Shown piece by piece: positions 20,650 to 29,998 of a DNA stretch of 64,000 nucleotides. The notes below the pieces were generated by a model that was not told the origin of the DNA, made no database searches, and saw only the letters and a program-made list of their open reading frames with translations. Source of the stretch: Candidatus Latescibacterota bacterium (GTDB taxonomy: Bacteria; Latescibacterota; UBA2968; UBA8231); NCBI GenBank assembly GCA_965242865.1, contig CBDETK010000013.1, positions 2,080,001-2,144,000 on the forward strand. Reading direction: 5' to 3'. The stretch's first letter is position 1. The number at the start of each line of letters is the position of its first letter. The position numbers and the translations under genes are program-made.

Positions 20650-23613
20650 TCACTCATTTCCACGCCCCTGTTTCGCTTGTGTTTGCGGAACGGGGGCTTT
20701 CTTTTTTGCGAGCTTCTCGCGGGCTACGCGCAACTGACTCGCCGCTCGGGGATAGCGAGGCTCCAACCGCAGCACGGCCTCCCACTCGCGAATGGCCGCT
20801 GGGTACTGTCCCTGGGCGGCATATACCTGTGCCAGCGCGCAGCGGGCGGCGACCAAGGTGGAATCGGTGCTCAGGGCCGTCTTGAAGGCCGCCACGGCCG
20901 GCACTAGGTCGCCCTGCTGGGCGTAGGCCATGCCTAGTTTGGTTCGCACGGTCGGCAGCTCCGGCTGCAGTGCCAGTGCCCGACGATAGGCGGCAATCGC
21001 TCGTTTATAGTCGCGGAGTTGGTGGTAGGCTTGGCCTAGATCGGCAAAGGCCCCCACCAACTCCGGTTGCAGTTCGCCGGCTCGTTCATAGGCCGCAATC
21101 GCCGCTTCCAAATCGTTCTTGTAGTGCAACGCAGCGCCCAAGCCGTACTGGGCCGGCGCGTAGCTGGAGTCGGCGGCAATGACTCGGCGAAAAGCAGCCA
21201 GCCCTTCCTCAACGCGCCCTTGGGCCACGTAGGCTTCGCCCAGCAGGTGGCGCGATTCAATGTCGCCCGGAAAGGAGGACAGGTTGTCCAAATGGCGCTG
21301 CACTTCGTCTTCGATAGGCTGCAACTGCACGAAAATTTGCCGCTGGCGCGTAGCTTCCTGCGCCCTTCCCTGTTGCTCGTAGAGCCGGGCTAGGCTCAGG
21401 TGCGGGTGCGGCTGCCACGGCGCTTGGCGCACGGCGCGTTCAAAGGCCGCGATCGCCGCGGTCGGATTTTCGTTGCGGAGGTGGGCCAACCCCAGTCGGT
21501 TGTGGTTTTCCCACGTGGGGTCCAGCGCCACAGCGCGCTTGAGGAGCGGAATGGCTCGGTCTTGGCGGTTGAGATCCATATAGACCGCTCCCAAAAGCGG
21601 ATAGACCGGCGACCACGACGAATCGCGTCCTACCACCTCTTCCAAAACCGCCGCGGCCTCCTCGGCCCGGCCTAGCCCGGAATAGAGCGCGATACCCAAG
21701 GAGTAGTAGGTTTTGAGAGTGTCCGGCTGCATGCCGATGGACGTTTTCAAGGCGTCAATCGCCTCTTGGTAGCGTCCCTGTCTGTACCGTTCGATTCCCG
21801 CGTTGTAGTGGTCTGCGGCAGTCTGGTCGTCTCCTGCCACGTAGCGGGCGACCGGCCGCTCGCGGTCCCTTTGGACTGGCTGTTCGTGCGTGCCCCAGTC
21901 CGCTGTATCCGCCAGCCCGACGTAGCTGGCAATAGGCCCCTCTTCCCCTTCCCGCACCACCCAGTAACGCCGAGTCTCTGGTCGCTCCAAGAGTTGCACC
22001 CGGCCGCTGGGCCAACGGACCGCTACGCGCTCTGCGGCCTCGGCCGCTCCCAACCCGAAGAGCACCCGGCCATCGCTTTGCGATAAGTACCCGACTCCGC
22101 GCTGTACTTCCCGCACCTGTCGTCCATTGTCTGTCGAGAGCACCACCCGCGCCCCCTGTGCGTCGCGGTTGCTCTCGCTGCCCACCAGCTCGAGCCCCAG
22201 CCAATTGTTGCGGCTCCCGCCGCGATTGTGCAAAAGCGTTGGCGCGTCATTCAGATTCACGATTAGCAAGTCCAGATCGCCATCGTTGTCGTAGTCGCCC
22301 AGTGCCCCGCCGCGGCTGACCTTTTCCTCGGCAAAGCCCGGCCCAACCCGAGCTCCGACCTCGACAAACGTCCCCCCCACATTCTGGTAGAGCAGGTTGC
22401 GCTGGGCATAGCGCAGTCCCGAAGGATGCTGGGCGACTTGGGGGTAGATGTGCCCGTTGACCGCGAAGAGATCGAGCCAGCCGTCGTTGTCGTAATCAAA
22501 AAAACCCGTGCTCCAGCCCAAGTAGGGCCGCACCGGACCGCCTAGCCCCGCTGCCGCCGTGAAATCGACGAACAGGCCGTTCCCCTCGTTCTGGTACAGG
22601 GTGTTGACGTCGTCCGAAAAATGGGTCATGTACAGATCCAGATCGCCATCGTTGTCGTAGTCGCCGGCCGCCGCGCCCATGCCGGCTTGCGCCCGCCCGT
22701 CCTCGCTGTAAGCCGCCCCGGCAAAGGCCGCTACTTCCTCCAGTTGCCAAGGCCCGTCGTTGCGATAGAGCAGGTTGGGGTAGCCGTCGTTGGCCACGTA
22801 GATATCTTGGTCGCCGTCGTCGTCGCCATCGAAAAAGACTACCCCCAAGGATGCCTGCTGGTCTGCGTCAATCCCCGTCGCCCGGCTCATATCTGCAAAG
22901 CCGCCTCCGCCCTCGTTGCGGTAGAGCACGTTGGCTTGGGGCACCATGCCGTGCGGCCCGCAATAGACGTCCAGCCCCTTGAAGCCACTGCAGAGTTGAC
23001 CGCCGCCGGGCGGGTTTTGCAAGTCGAATACCAAATAGTTGGCCGCGTAGAGATCGAGGAATCCGTCGGCATCCACATCGCCAAACGCCGCGCTGGTTCC
23101 CCAGCCGCTGTCTTCCACGCCCAGCCTGACCTCGGCAAACCTGCCCCCGTCGTTGCGATAGAGCACATTGGGCCCCCAATAGGTGAGGTACAGGTCCACA
23201 TCGCCGTCGTTGTCGTAATCTCCCACCGCACACCCCATGCCCCACCCCGTGCGCCGCAGGCCAGCCTCGTCGGTTTGGTCCTCAAAGGCGCGCCCATTGG
23301 TCCCTTCGGTGTTGCGGTAGAGCCGATTGGTGGGATTTGAGGAATCGGCCTCCACTCGCGTGCTGTTGACCAAGAATACATCGAGATACCCATCGCCATC
23401 ATAGTCGAAAAAGGCAGCACCGGACGACATGGACTCGAGAATATAGCGCTGCTCTGCGCCACCGGAGACTTGGCGAAAATCGAGGCCAACAGCCTCGGTC
23501 ACATCGACGAATTGCACCTCGCCCGACGCCGTTTTGGTCTCTACTTCCGGCTCGCATCCTAACCCCAGCAACCCAATACCGGCGATCCATCCGCGCATCC
23601 GTCTTGCTCTCAT
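20650..23613 (-). CDS. CRTAC1-like FG-GAP repeat / ASPIC-UnbV lipoprotein with C-terminal TPRs
   Basis: Lipobox LGLGC. Repeated GDYDNDGDxD motifs. ASPIC/UnbV motif SNRDAQGARV...GYLSQS...FGLG...VRWPSG. Multiple TPR repeats. Confidence 0.9.
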   Translation of the reverse strand: MRARRMRGWIAGIGLLGLGCEPEVETKTASGEVQFVDVTEAVGLDFRQVSGGAEQRYILESMSSGAAFFDYDGDGYLDVFLVNSTRVEADSSNPTNRLYRNTEGTNGRAFEDQTDEAGLRRTGWGMGCAVGDYDNDGDVDLYLTYWGPNVLYRNDGGRFAEVRLGVEDSGWGTSAAFGDVDADGFLDLYAANYLVFDLQNPPGGGQLCSGFKGLDVYCGPHGMVPQANVLYRNEGGGGFADMSRATGIDADQQASLGVVFFDGDDDGDQDIYVANDGYPNLLYRNDGPWQLEEVAAFAGAAYSEDGRAQAGMGAAAGDYDNDGDLDLYMTHFSDDVNTLYQNEGNGLFVDFTAAAGLGGPVRPYLGWSTGFFDYDNDGWLDLFAVNGHIYPQVAQHPSGLRYAQRNLLYQNVGGTFVEVGARVGPGFAEEKVSRGGALGDYDNDGDLDLLIVNLNDAPTLLHNRGGSRNNWLGLELVGSESNRDAQGARVVLSTDNGRQVREVQRGVGYLSQSDGRVLFGLGAAEAAERVAVRWPSGRVQLLERPETRRYWVVREGEEGPIASYVGLADTADWGTHEQPVQRDRERPVARYVAGDDQTAADHYNAGIERYRQGRYQEAIDALKTSIGMQPDTLKTYYSLGIALYSGLGRAEEAAAVLEEVVGRDSSWSPVYPLLGAVYMDLNRQDRAIPLLKRAVALDPTWENHNRLGLAHLRNENPTAAIAAFERAVRQAPWQPHPHLSLARLYEQQGRAQEATRQRQIFVQLQPIEDEVQRHLDNLSSFPGDIESRHLLGEAYVAQGRVEEGLAAFRRVIAADSSYAPAQYGLGAALHYKNDLEAAIAAYERAGELQPELVGAFADLGQAYHQLRDYKRAIAAYRRALALQPELPTVRTKLGMAYAQQGDLVPAVAAFKTALSTDSTLVAARCALAQVYAAQGQYPAAIREWEAVLRLEPRYPRAASQLRVAREKLAKKKAPVPQTQAKQGRGNE

Positions 23614-23735
23614 AGCGGCTTCTTAGAGTCTCGTTGCCCTAACGACTGCTCAAAAATTGAGATTGACCGTATATTCTGATTTCTTCAACCCCGACGGTAT
23701 CAAGCTCGAAGTACCTGTGCGGGAGGGTTAGGACG

Positions 23736-24035
23736 ATGACCGAAGAAAAATGGGAAGAGCCGGAAGCGGTGGAAATCCCCATTGACGGGACGCTGGATCT
23801 GCACACCTTCCAGCCGCGCGACCTCAAGGGGTTGTTGCCCGACTATTTGGATGCTTGTCGCCGAGCGGGCATTTTGCAAGTGCGCGTCATCCACGGCAAG
23901 GGTACGGGCCAGTTGCGGTGCTCGGTCCACGCCATTTTGGGCCGCTTGCCCGAAGTGGAGGCGTTTCGCTTGGCTGGGGCAGGGGGCGGCGGTTGGGGGG
24001 CGACCTTGGTTTGGTTGACGCCGCTCGACGATTGA
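23736..24035 (+). CDS. Stand-alone Smr (small MutS-related) domain protein
   Basis: LDLHTF...VRVIHGKGTG.LR...GGGWGATLVWL. Confidence 0.9.
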   Translation: MTEEKWEEPEAVEIPIDGTLDLHTFQPRDLKGLLPDYLDACRRAGILQVRVIHGKGTGQLRCSVHAILGRLPEVEAFRLAGAGGGGWGATLVWLTPLDD

Positions 24036-24203
24036 CTATACGCGAACGGCCGGACCGCACTAAGTTTTCTTGATTTATCCTATTTAATACCTTATACCTT
24101 ACCACAACCTGCAACAAACGTCACGCTTCAGAGCGTCAGTTTGCGGTGCGCTATCAGAAGTGCATAAGGCTGAAATCTCGGCTAATCTACTTAAAGAGTC
24201 TTC

Positions 24204-26219
24204 TTGGAAGAATATCGCCCCATTGGTCCCCTTTTCGAGCGGCGGCTGTCGTTGCAGATAGTCCCTCCAATCCTGCTGCTGCTGCTGTCCGTGTGCCCAA
24301 CCAGCGCACGGGATGTTTTTACCGTCGGCGGCAACGAACATCCTTGGCGCAATTCTGGCACAACCCCTGGGGGGGTGATCGATTTTGTCGAGCAATTGGG
24401 AACTATTGAGGACGCCAACGGCGAAAAAGTGTTTGCCGTTGGTTTGGATTCTCTGCAAAACTGGATCATGCCGCTGCGCTTGCGCTCCGACTTCAACATT
24501 TCGCTCGGTGTTCTCGAGCGGGGGGGCACTATAGATATTCCGGGGCTGGATGCTAGTCAGAAAAATCCAGAGCAGTTGGTGGGCATGCTCAATGGCGACC
24601 ACCGAGTGGCTTTTGACCGCAAGTTCGTGGCTGGCCGCATCGTGCGCAACAACGGCGTCACCATTCGCATTGACCTCGGTGCGCGCTTTGGAGTGGACCG
24701 AATCGTGTTCTATCCGCGGATGACGGCGTCGTTTCCCTTTGGGAACGAATTCATGCGGGGATACGAGTTGTTCCTCAACGATGGCTTGCCGCAAAACCTC
24801 TTTGCCAGTGGGCAGCCCATTTTTACCTCGCCGGTGCGGCGCGATTCAGACAACCGCGCGGCCAGAGTAGAAGCCCAGATCAACCCCCAATTTGTCCGCT
24901 TTCTGCAACTCAAGTCGATTTCCACCCTCGGGTTTGAAATTGACGAGATAGAGGTGTACGGCAGGGGGTTCGTACCGACGGCTAGCTACGTGTCCAAGGT
25001 GCTGGATCTGGGCGAGGAGGTCGTCTGGGGGCAAATCGCTTGGGGCGAAGTGGCCGCGGGCAATAGCGCGGATTCCAAGCTAGAAATCCGCGTCCGCAGC
25101 GGGCGGGATACGACCCCCGATGTCTTTTTTCGCAATGCCAATGTGGGGGGGCGGCAACCCGAATACGTGCCCACCGATAGCGAAGGCAATACGCTGACAG
25201 AAGAAACCTTTGGAAAACTGGCGAAGAACCAACAGGGGCCGATTAAAGCCGACGCTGACAACGGCTGGGTCCAGTGGCAAGTGATCGACAATGGGGCCTT
25301 TCTGACTGTGCCGGCGCCACGGCGCTACTTCCAGTTCCGCATCGACTTCACCAATCTGAGCTTGGATGCTAGCCGCGCGGTCGCCGACTTAGGCTTTGAG
25401 TTTGCACGGCCCCCGGTGGATCGCATCGTCGCCGAGGTGGGACCGCCGCGCACCGAGGTCGGCCAACAGACGACTTTTACGTACTTTGCCCGCATCACCA
25501 ATACTACGGGCCGGCCGGGATTCACGCGCTTTGAAATCGAAACCCCGGCCCGCATCGCGGCCATCCATTCGGTGGAGATCCAAGACCGGGCGGGCACTCG
25601 CCTAGATGGCGCCGAGTTCAGCGGCGATCTGGCTGCTGCGTCTTTGCCCCTGCGCGTCGGAGCGTTCTCCATTGAGGCGGTGGAGGACGACCACTTTGCC
25701 CTAAGCGTACCCCGGATCGACGCCGATGGCACTCTTTTGAAAATTGTCTTTGATGCAGCCGTGTTCCGCTATGGTACGCGTTTCCAAGGGCGGGCTTTGG
25801 CCGACTCCAGTGTGCAAGTGCCGCTGCAAACTGAGGGCGGGGATGCTTCGGCCGAACAGGATACCGACGAGTTGCTGGTGCAGATTCCCGTGGGCTCGCA
25901 GGTGGCTGGCCCGCTAACAATCCAGCCGCGGACCTTCACCCCCAACGGCGATGGGGCCAATGACGTGGCGGAAATAAGCTATGCGGTTCTGCACCTGCTC
26001 AAACCATCGCCGAGCGAGGTAAATATCTATAACTTGGCTGGTAGCCGCGTGCGGCGGCTCAACTCTGCCGAGGTCCAAAACGGCCGTATCGAGCTACATT
26101 GGGACGGTCGCGGCGACGACGATCGCCTAGTGCCGCCGGGCACCTACTTGGCGGTGGTGGAAATCCGCTCCGACCGGGAGACCGAGCGGCGTTCCACCAG
26201 CGTATCCGTGGTCTATTAA
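24204..26219 (+). CDS. Secreted FlgD-Ig/CHU_C-tailed protein, module B (start uncertain)
   Basis: Hydrophobic signal ILLLLLSVCPTSA. Motifs RIVFYPR, EIEVYGRGF, LEIRVRSG, APRRYFQ. Tail FTPNGDGAND...WDGRGDDDRLVPPGTY...VSVVY. Confidence 0.8.
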   Translation: MEEYRPIGPLFERRLSLQIVPPILLLLLSVCPTSARDVFTVGGNEHPWRNSGTTPGGVIDFVEQLGTIEDANGEKVFAVGLDSLQNWIMPLRLRSDFNISLGVLERGGTIDIPGLDASQKNPEQLVGMLNGDHRVAFDRKFVAGRIVRNNGVTIRIDLGARFGVDRIVFYPRMTASFPFGNEFMRGYELFLNDGLPQNLFASGQPIFTSPVRRDSDNRAARVEAQINPQFVRFLQLKSISTLGFEIDEIEVYGRGFVPTASYVSKVLDLGEEVVWGQIAWGEVAAGNSADSKLEIRVRSGRDTTPDVFFRNANVGGRQPEYVPTDSEGNTLTEETFGKLAKNQQGPIKADADNGWVQWQVIDNGAFLTVPAPRRYFQFRIDFTNLSLDASRAVADLGFEFARPPVDRIVAEVGPPRTEVGQQTTFTYFARITNTTGRPGFTRFEIETPARIAAIHSVEIQDRAGTRLDGAEFSGDLAAASLPLRVGAFSIEAVEDDHFALSVPRIDADGTLLKIVFDAAVFRYGTRFQGRALADSSVQVPLQTEGGDASAEQDTDELLVQIPVGSQVAGPLTIQPRTFTPNGDGANDVAEISYAVLHLLKPSPSEVNIYNLAGSRVRRLNSAEVQNGRIELHWDGRGDDDRLVPPGTYLAVVEIRSDRETERRSTSVSVVY

Positions 26220-26244
26220 GTGCTAGCCAAGCGAGGAGGGGATT

Positions 26245-28914
26245 TTGAACAAGCACTATCGGGTTGTGGTGGGTGCTGTTCTCTGGGCACTAGGCTGGAG
26301 TGCGCCGACTTGGGTTGGTGCCCAAGGGTACGACTCGCGCATGGGTAGAGTGAAACCGGGTGGAAAGGTGGATTTTTCTCCGCAAGGACCGGGGGTATTA
26401 TTCGACGCCCTAGATCCAGCAGTGCGCAAATGGTACGTTCCCCAAGAGCTGTACAAGGAATACCAGTGGAGACAGTGGGAATACTCCAACTACGCCCGCG
26501 CTCCCTATCAGCGCTATGTGGACACCGCGTTGGAGGGCGATTACTTCTACGATTTCTTCGGCAACCTAGTCACCCGAGGTTGGTTGATCTACGATTGGCA
26601 GCAAGATCGCCCCCAGCAATTCGGCAGTAGCATCCTCAAGACCAACAGGTTTAACCAATGGTTCAACCGAGTAGCCATCTCCTCAGACCACAAGGGACAA
26701 TACTACTATAGAATCACGATTGGCGATGAGATCCGCACTACTTTGACCCCCATGACTTTTTCTAAACCCACCTTCAACGGTATTCAGTGGGACTTTGCGG
26801 CCGACAAGTACCAAGGTACTCTACTGCTGGCCCGCCCCAGTCGGCCAGCCGTGGCCACCTCTTTGGATATTCCCGATCAGAAGACTAGCGTCACCAACTT
26901 ACTGGGCGGGCGAGGCATCGTTCAGGTCGGCGACTTCGTCCAACTCGGGGCGACTTATGTGACCGCCTTCCAAGGCCAGACGCTGTTCGACGATTTCACC
27001 GGCAATCCCTTTGCCGGTGGGGCTCTGACCACCGACCAGAATGCGCTGCCTATATCCCGTATCATTATCCGGCTGTCGGACGACTCGCCCGCCGACGGAG
27101 TGGGTGGGGCGGCCCTGTTCGACGACGAAATCATCATCGAGGATGTAGATGGCAACGTTTTCAGAGGCAGTGCCATAGGATTCGAGCCCATACGCGAAGG
27201 GGGGTTCCAACGAGTGGGGTTTTTAGCTGCGGACGGCGACGAGCGCATTACCCTTACCTACGACTTTACGGACCCTTTGTACACCGGGCCCGATCCTACG
27301 ACGATAGAAAGAGTATCCTTTGAATTGGTGATCTCCAACGACTACAAGGTGGAAATCACGTCGGACCGGCAGACGAACCGAGACTCACAGCCCGTCTTCT
27401 TGCTGATAGAACGGGCCCAGAACAATATCCGCGACAACTCCAACCAGCGCCTGTTGAAATTCGACTACGGTCTGCCCACGGCCAATACCATCTTTGGCGT
27501 CACCTTCGAGGCCAACAAGATCTGGGGGTTCGACTTTTACGGCGAGTACGATTTCAACAATCAGTACCGTCAGTATCCCAACCTCAATCTAAAGGATCAT
27601 CATAAGGCGGTGAACGACGCCCAGGCATGGATGTTCAACCTGTCCAAAGCGTCCTACCCTTGGTTCGCCTTTCTCGAAGGCTATAGCATGGACGCGGATT
27701 ACTCCACCCGCACCTTTCTAGCGGGTACTCGGGGACAGGACGAAATCGATTACGAAGACGAAATATCCTATATCTATGAATTCGTCGAGGACAACGACGA
27801 CCAAGACCGCCGGCCGGACTGGAGCCGCTATAGTATGCTGTCGGACAATGCGGTCTTTCCGGGCTTTGACGAGAACAACGATTTCGTCTCGGATTTCAAC
27901 CAGAACGATACGGAGGATCGACAGAACTTCATTCCCGATTACGAAGAGCCTTTCCTGCGCTATCACTCCGATAGGCCCGAATACCTCTTTGGCGTTGACA
28001 TGAACAACAACGGCTGGATCGACCGCTTTGAAAACGACGAAGAACCCGATTATCCCTACGGGCGCGACCACCGCGGCTACAATTTTTACGCGGGAACCCA
28101 CATCGGGCCGGAGGCCCGGCTGACCGTCGGGCATTTGCGCGAAAAATTGCTGGCGGGGGATCGCAACAACGAATCCACGTACCTGCTCTTCACCTACGAA
28201 AGGGATTTTGCCCGGTTGGGCCGTTTGCGCGTGTTCGACAACTTCAAGTGGGTCGAGGACGACATTCCCGACAATCTCTTCCAGTGGGTGCAGCCGTCTA
28301 ACTCCCGCGGTACTCAACAGCGCGTGTTCGATTTGCTCCCGGCGCGCGACACCTGGATCAACACTTCCTATGTGCAGTTCGATTTCACGCTCGTAGGGGA
28401 CCTGAATGTGATCAACAAGTTCAAGACTGAAATCTACAAGCAGTGCCGCGAGCAGCGCGACCTGCGCGACACAGCTAGCTTTGTCGGTCTCATCAACAAA
28501 GTCGATTACACGTTCCCGGTGAGAAACATCGAACTTGAACCGCGCTTCAAGAGCGAATTTTTGCGCGAGCACCCCGTTCGCAAGCGAGCCCCAGAGCGCC
28601 GCGAATTGACCGAGACTCTTTTTCTCATTGCCCGCATTCCTCTGCTCTCCCACACGCTCATCGAGTTGGGACTAGAACTGTCCCATTTTGAGCAGTTCCG
28701 CGACGATGAGGAGGGGGTGCCGGTCCATCGCGACTTGGAGCCGGATTCCTTCAGTCGCATCGTCGCGGTGCAATTTAACAACGCCTCGGATTACTTGGGC
28801 TACAGGCTCCATCTGCAGACGGGGTTTCGCCTACAGAAGCTGACGTTTGAAAATCTGCCCTCTAGCACGACCAGCAAGATATTTATGACGGCCTACGCAG
28901 GGCTAGAACGCTAG
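26245..28914 (+). CDS. ~890-aa exported Asp/Asn-rich protein, putative outer-membrane beta-barrel, module B
   Basis: GAGGAGG SD and TTG start. Signal peptide. Shares long blocks with 10225-12900: WYVPQELYxEYQWRQWEYSNYAR, IRTTLTPMTFSKP, DENNDFxSDFNQND, PDYEEPFLR, WIDRFENDE, and C-terminal YAGL. Confidence 0.6.
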   Translation: MNKHYRVVVGAVLWALGWSAPTWVGAQGYDSRMGRVKPGGKVDFSPQGPGVLFDALDPAVRKWYVPQELYKEYQWRQWEYSNYARAPYQRYVDTALEGDYFYDFFGNLVTRGWLIYDWQQDRPQQFGSSILKTNRFNQWFNRVAISSDHKGQYYYRITIGDEIRTTLTPMTFSKPTFNGIQWDFAADKYQGTLLLARPSRPAVATSLDIPDQKTSVTNLLGGRGIVQVGDFVQLGATYVTAFQGQTLFDDFTGNPFAGGALTTDQNALPISRIIIRLSDDSPADGVGGAALFDDEIIIEDVDGNVFRGSAIGFEPIREGGFQRVGFLAADGDERITLTYDFTDPLYTGPDPTTIERVSFELVISNDYKVEITSDRQTNRDSQPVFLLIERAQNNIRDNSNQRLLKFDYGLPTANTIFGVTFEANKIWGFDFYGEYDFNNQYRQYPNLNLKDHHKAVNDAQAWMFNLSKASYPWFAFLEGYSMDADYSTRTFLAGTRGQDEIDYEDEISYIYEFVEDNDDQDRRPDWSRYSMLSDNAVFPGFDENNDFVSDFNQNDTEDRQNFIPDYEEPFLRYHSDRPEYLFGVDMNNNGWIDRFENDEEPDYPYGRDHRGYNFYAGTHIGPEARLTVGHLREKLLAGDRNNESTYLLFTYERDFARLGRLRVFDNFKWVEDDIPDNLFQWVQPSNSRGTQQRVFDLLPARDTWINTSYVQFDFTLVGDLNVINKFKTEIYKQCREQRDLRDTASFVGLINKVDYTFPVRNIELEPRFKSEFLREHPVRKRAPERRELTETLFLIARIPLLSHTLIELGLELSHFEQFRDDEEGVPVHRDLEPDSFSRIVAVQFNNASDYLGYRLHLQTGFRLQKLTFENLPSSTTSKIFMTAYAGLER

Positions 28915-29053
28915 TGGGTTTGATCTGAGCAAAGGCGACCTGTTAGTAGCTGAAAGGAGGAGAAAGGAACAGGCGTCGTTTTACCCCCGATTGGGGTGGC
29001 AAAAGACACAATGACTCACTCCCGTACTCACTCACTGAAGGAGAGGTGTTGCA

Positions 29054-29929
29054 ATGAAGAGAATCAACGAAGCATCCATTGCGTTACTGGTCTCGATCCT
29101 CATGGTCGGCTCGGCTTTTAGCCACCAAGGGGAGATGAAGTTCATGTTCCAGTTCCCGGATCACCTGACGCCGGTGCTGGACGGCGATATGTCGGACTGG
29201 GACATCGTAAGCGATGTGTACAAGATCAAAGCCGAAACCATGTTCAACCAGTTCGGTGCGCCCATGGATTTGAGCGATTTCAACGCTTGGCTCGTCTGGG
29301 GCTACAACATCAACGACGGCAAGGCCTATTTTGCAGCTTGGGTTGCCGACGACTTCATCAACGACACCGAGAAGTGGTCGACGACTACAGATTGGGACCA
29401 CTCCGGTGGCATCTTTCGCGGCTTTGACCAAGGGGACGATTTTGAGACCCGCTGGGCCAGTGCCCAAGCCCAACGCTACGATCTGGCCGGCCCCATTTTC
29501 AGCTCTTCCGGTTATTATACCCGGATTATCGACGGCTCCAAAGCGTGGGCGGGCCAGTCCCCTTACGTGGAATGGGCCGGCAAGTTTCTCCGCGGCGACG
29601 TCAATACACAGGAGCCAGCAGAAATGTTTGGCGAATACTCCATTGTGCCCTTTGACGACATCCATCCCGACGGTGCCGACCAGAGTGTCAGGCACAATTG
29701 GGTGGAAGGCACCGTTGTCGGCATAGAGGTCAACTGGGGCGACAAGGATGCCGATCCCGGCTCCTACGACGATGCCTATTGGTCCGGTTTCGGCGGCATA
29801 GGTGCTTCTCGGGACGCCGACCAGTTCGGCGACTATTTGTTGGCGCCGATTGAAGAGGGGTTGCCCGAGGCTCGAGCTACCTCAGTCGAGGCCAACACTT
29901 GGGGCCAGATCAAGTCCACCTTCAAGTAA
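29054..29929 (+). CDS. Small acidic secreted protein with a C-terminal SVEANTWGQIK motif, module B
   Basis: AAGGAGAGG SD. Signal peptide ending AFS-H. FQFPD..PVLDGDMSDW motif. Tail LAPIEEG...TSVEANTWGQIKS. Confidence 0.65.
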   Translation: MKRINEASIALLVSILMVGSAFSHQGEMKFMFQFPDHLTPVLDGDMSDWDIVSDVYKIKAETMFNQFGAPMDLSDFNAWLVWGYNINDGKAYFAAWVADDFINDTEKWSTTTDWDHSGGIFRGFDQGDDFETRWASAQAQRYDLAGPIFSSSGYYTRIIDGSKAWAGQSPYVEWAGKFLRGDVNTQEPAEMFGEYSIVPFDDIHPDGADQSVRHNWVEGTVVGIEVNWGDKDADPGSYDDAYWSGFGGIGASRDADQFGDYLLAPIEEGLPEARATSVEANTWGQIKSTFK

Positions 29930-29956
29930 AGTCGAAGAGGTTGTAGGATGGTTTCA

Positions 29957-29996
29957 GGCGGGATTTACGGGCGACTGTAAATCCCGCCGTTCTCTT
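29957..29996 (+). terminator. Intrinsic terminator / 3' stabilising hairpin after the 29054 gene
   Basis: Perfect 12-bp stem GGCGGGATTTAC / GTAAATCCCGCC with an 8-nt loop, followed by GTTCTCTT. Confidence 0.7.
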
Positions 29997-29998
29997 GC

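Noticed and set aside
28925-29010. Leader hairpins as a known riboswitch (e.g. c-di-GMP)
   Set aside because: I could not match the conserved core of any riboswitch class by eye. It is kept only as an unclassified leader motif.
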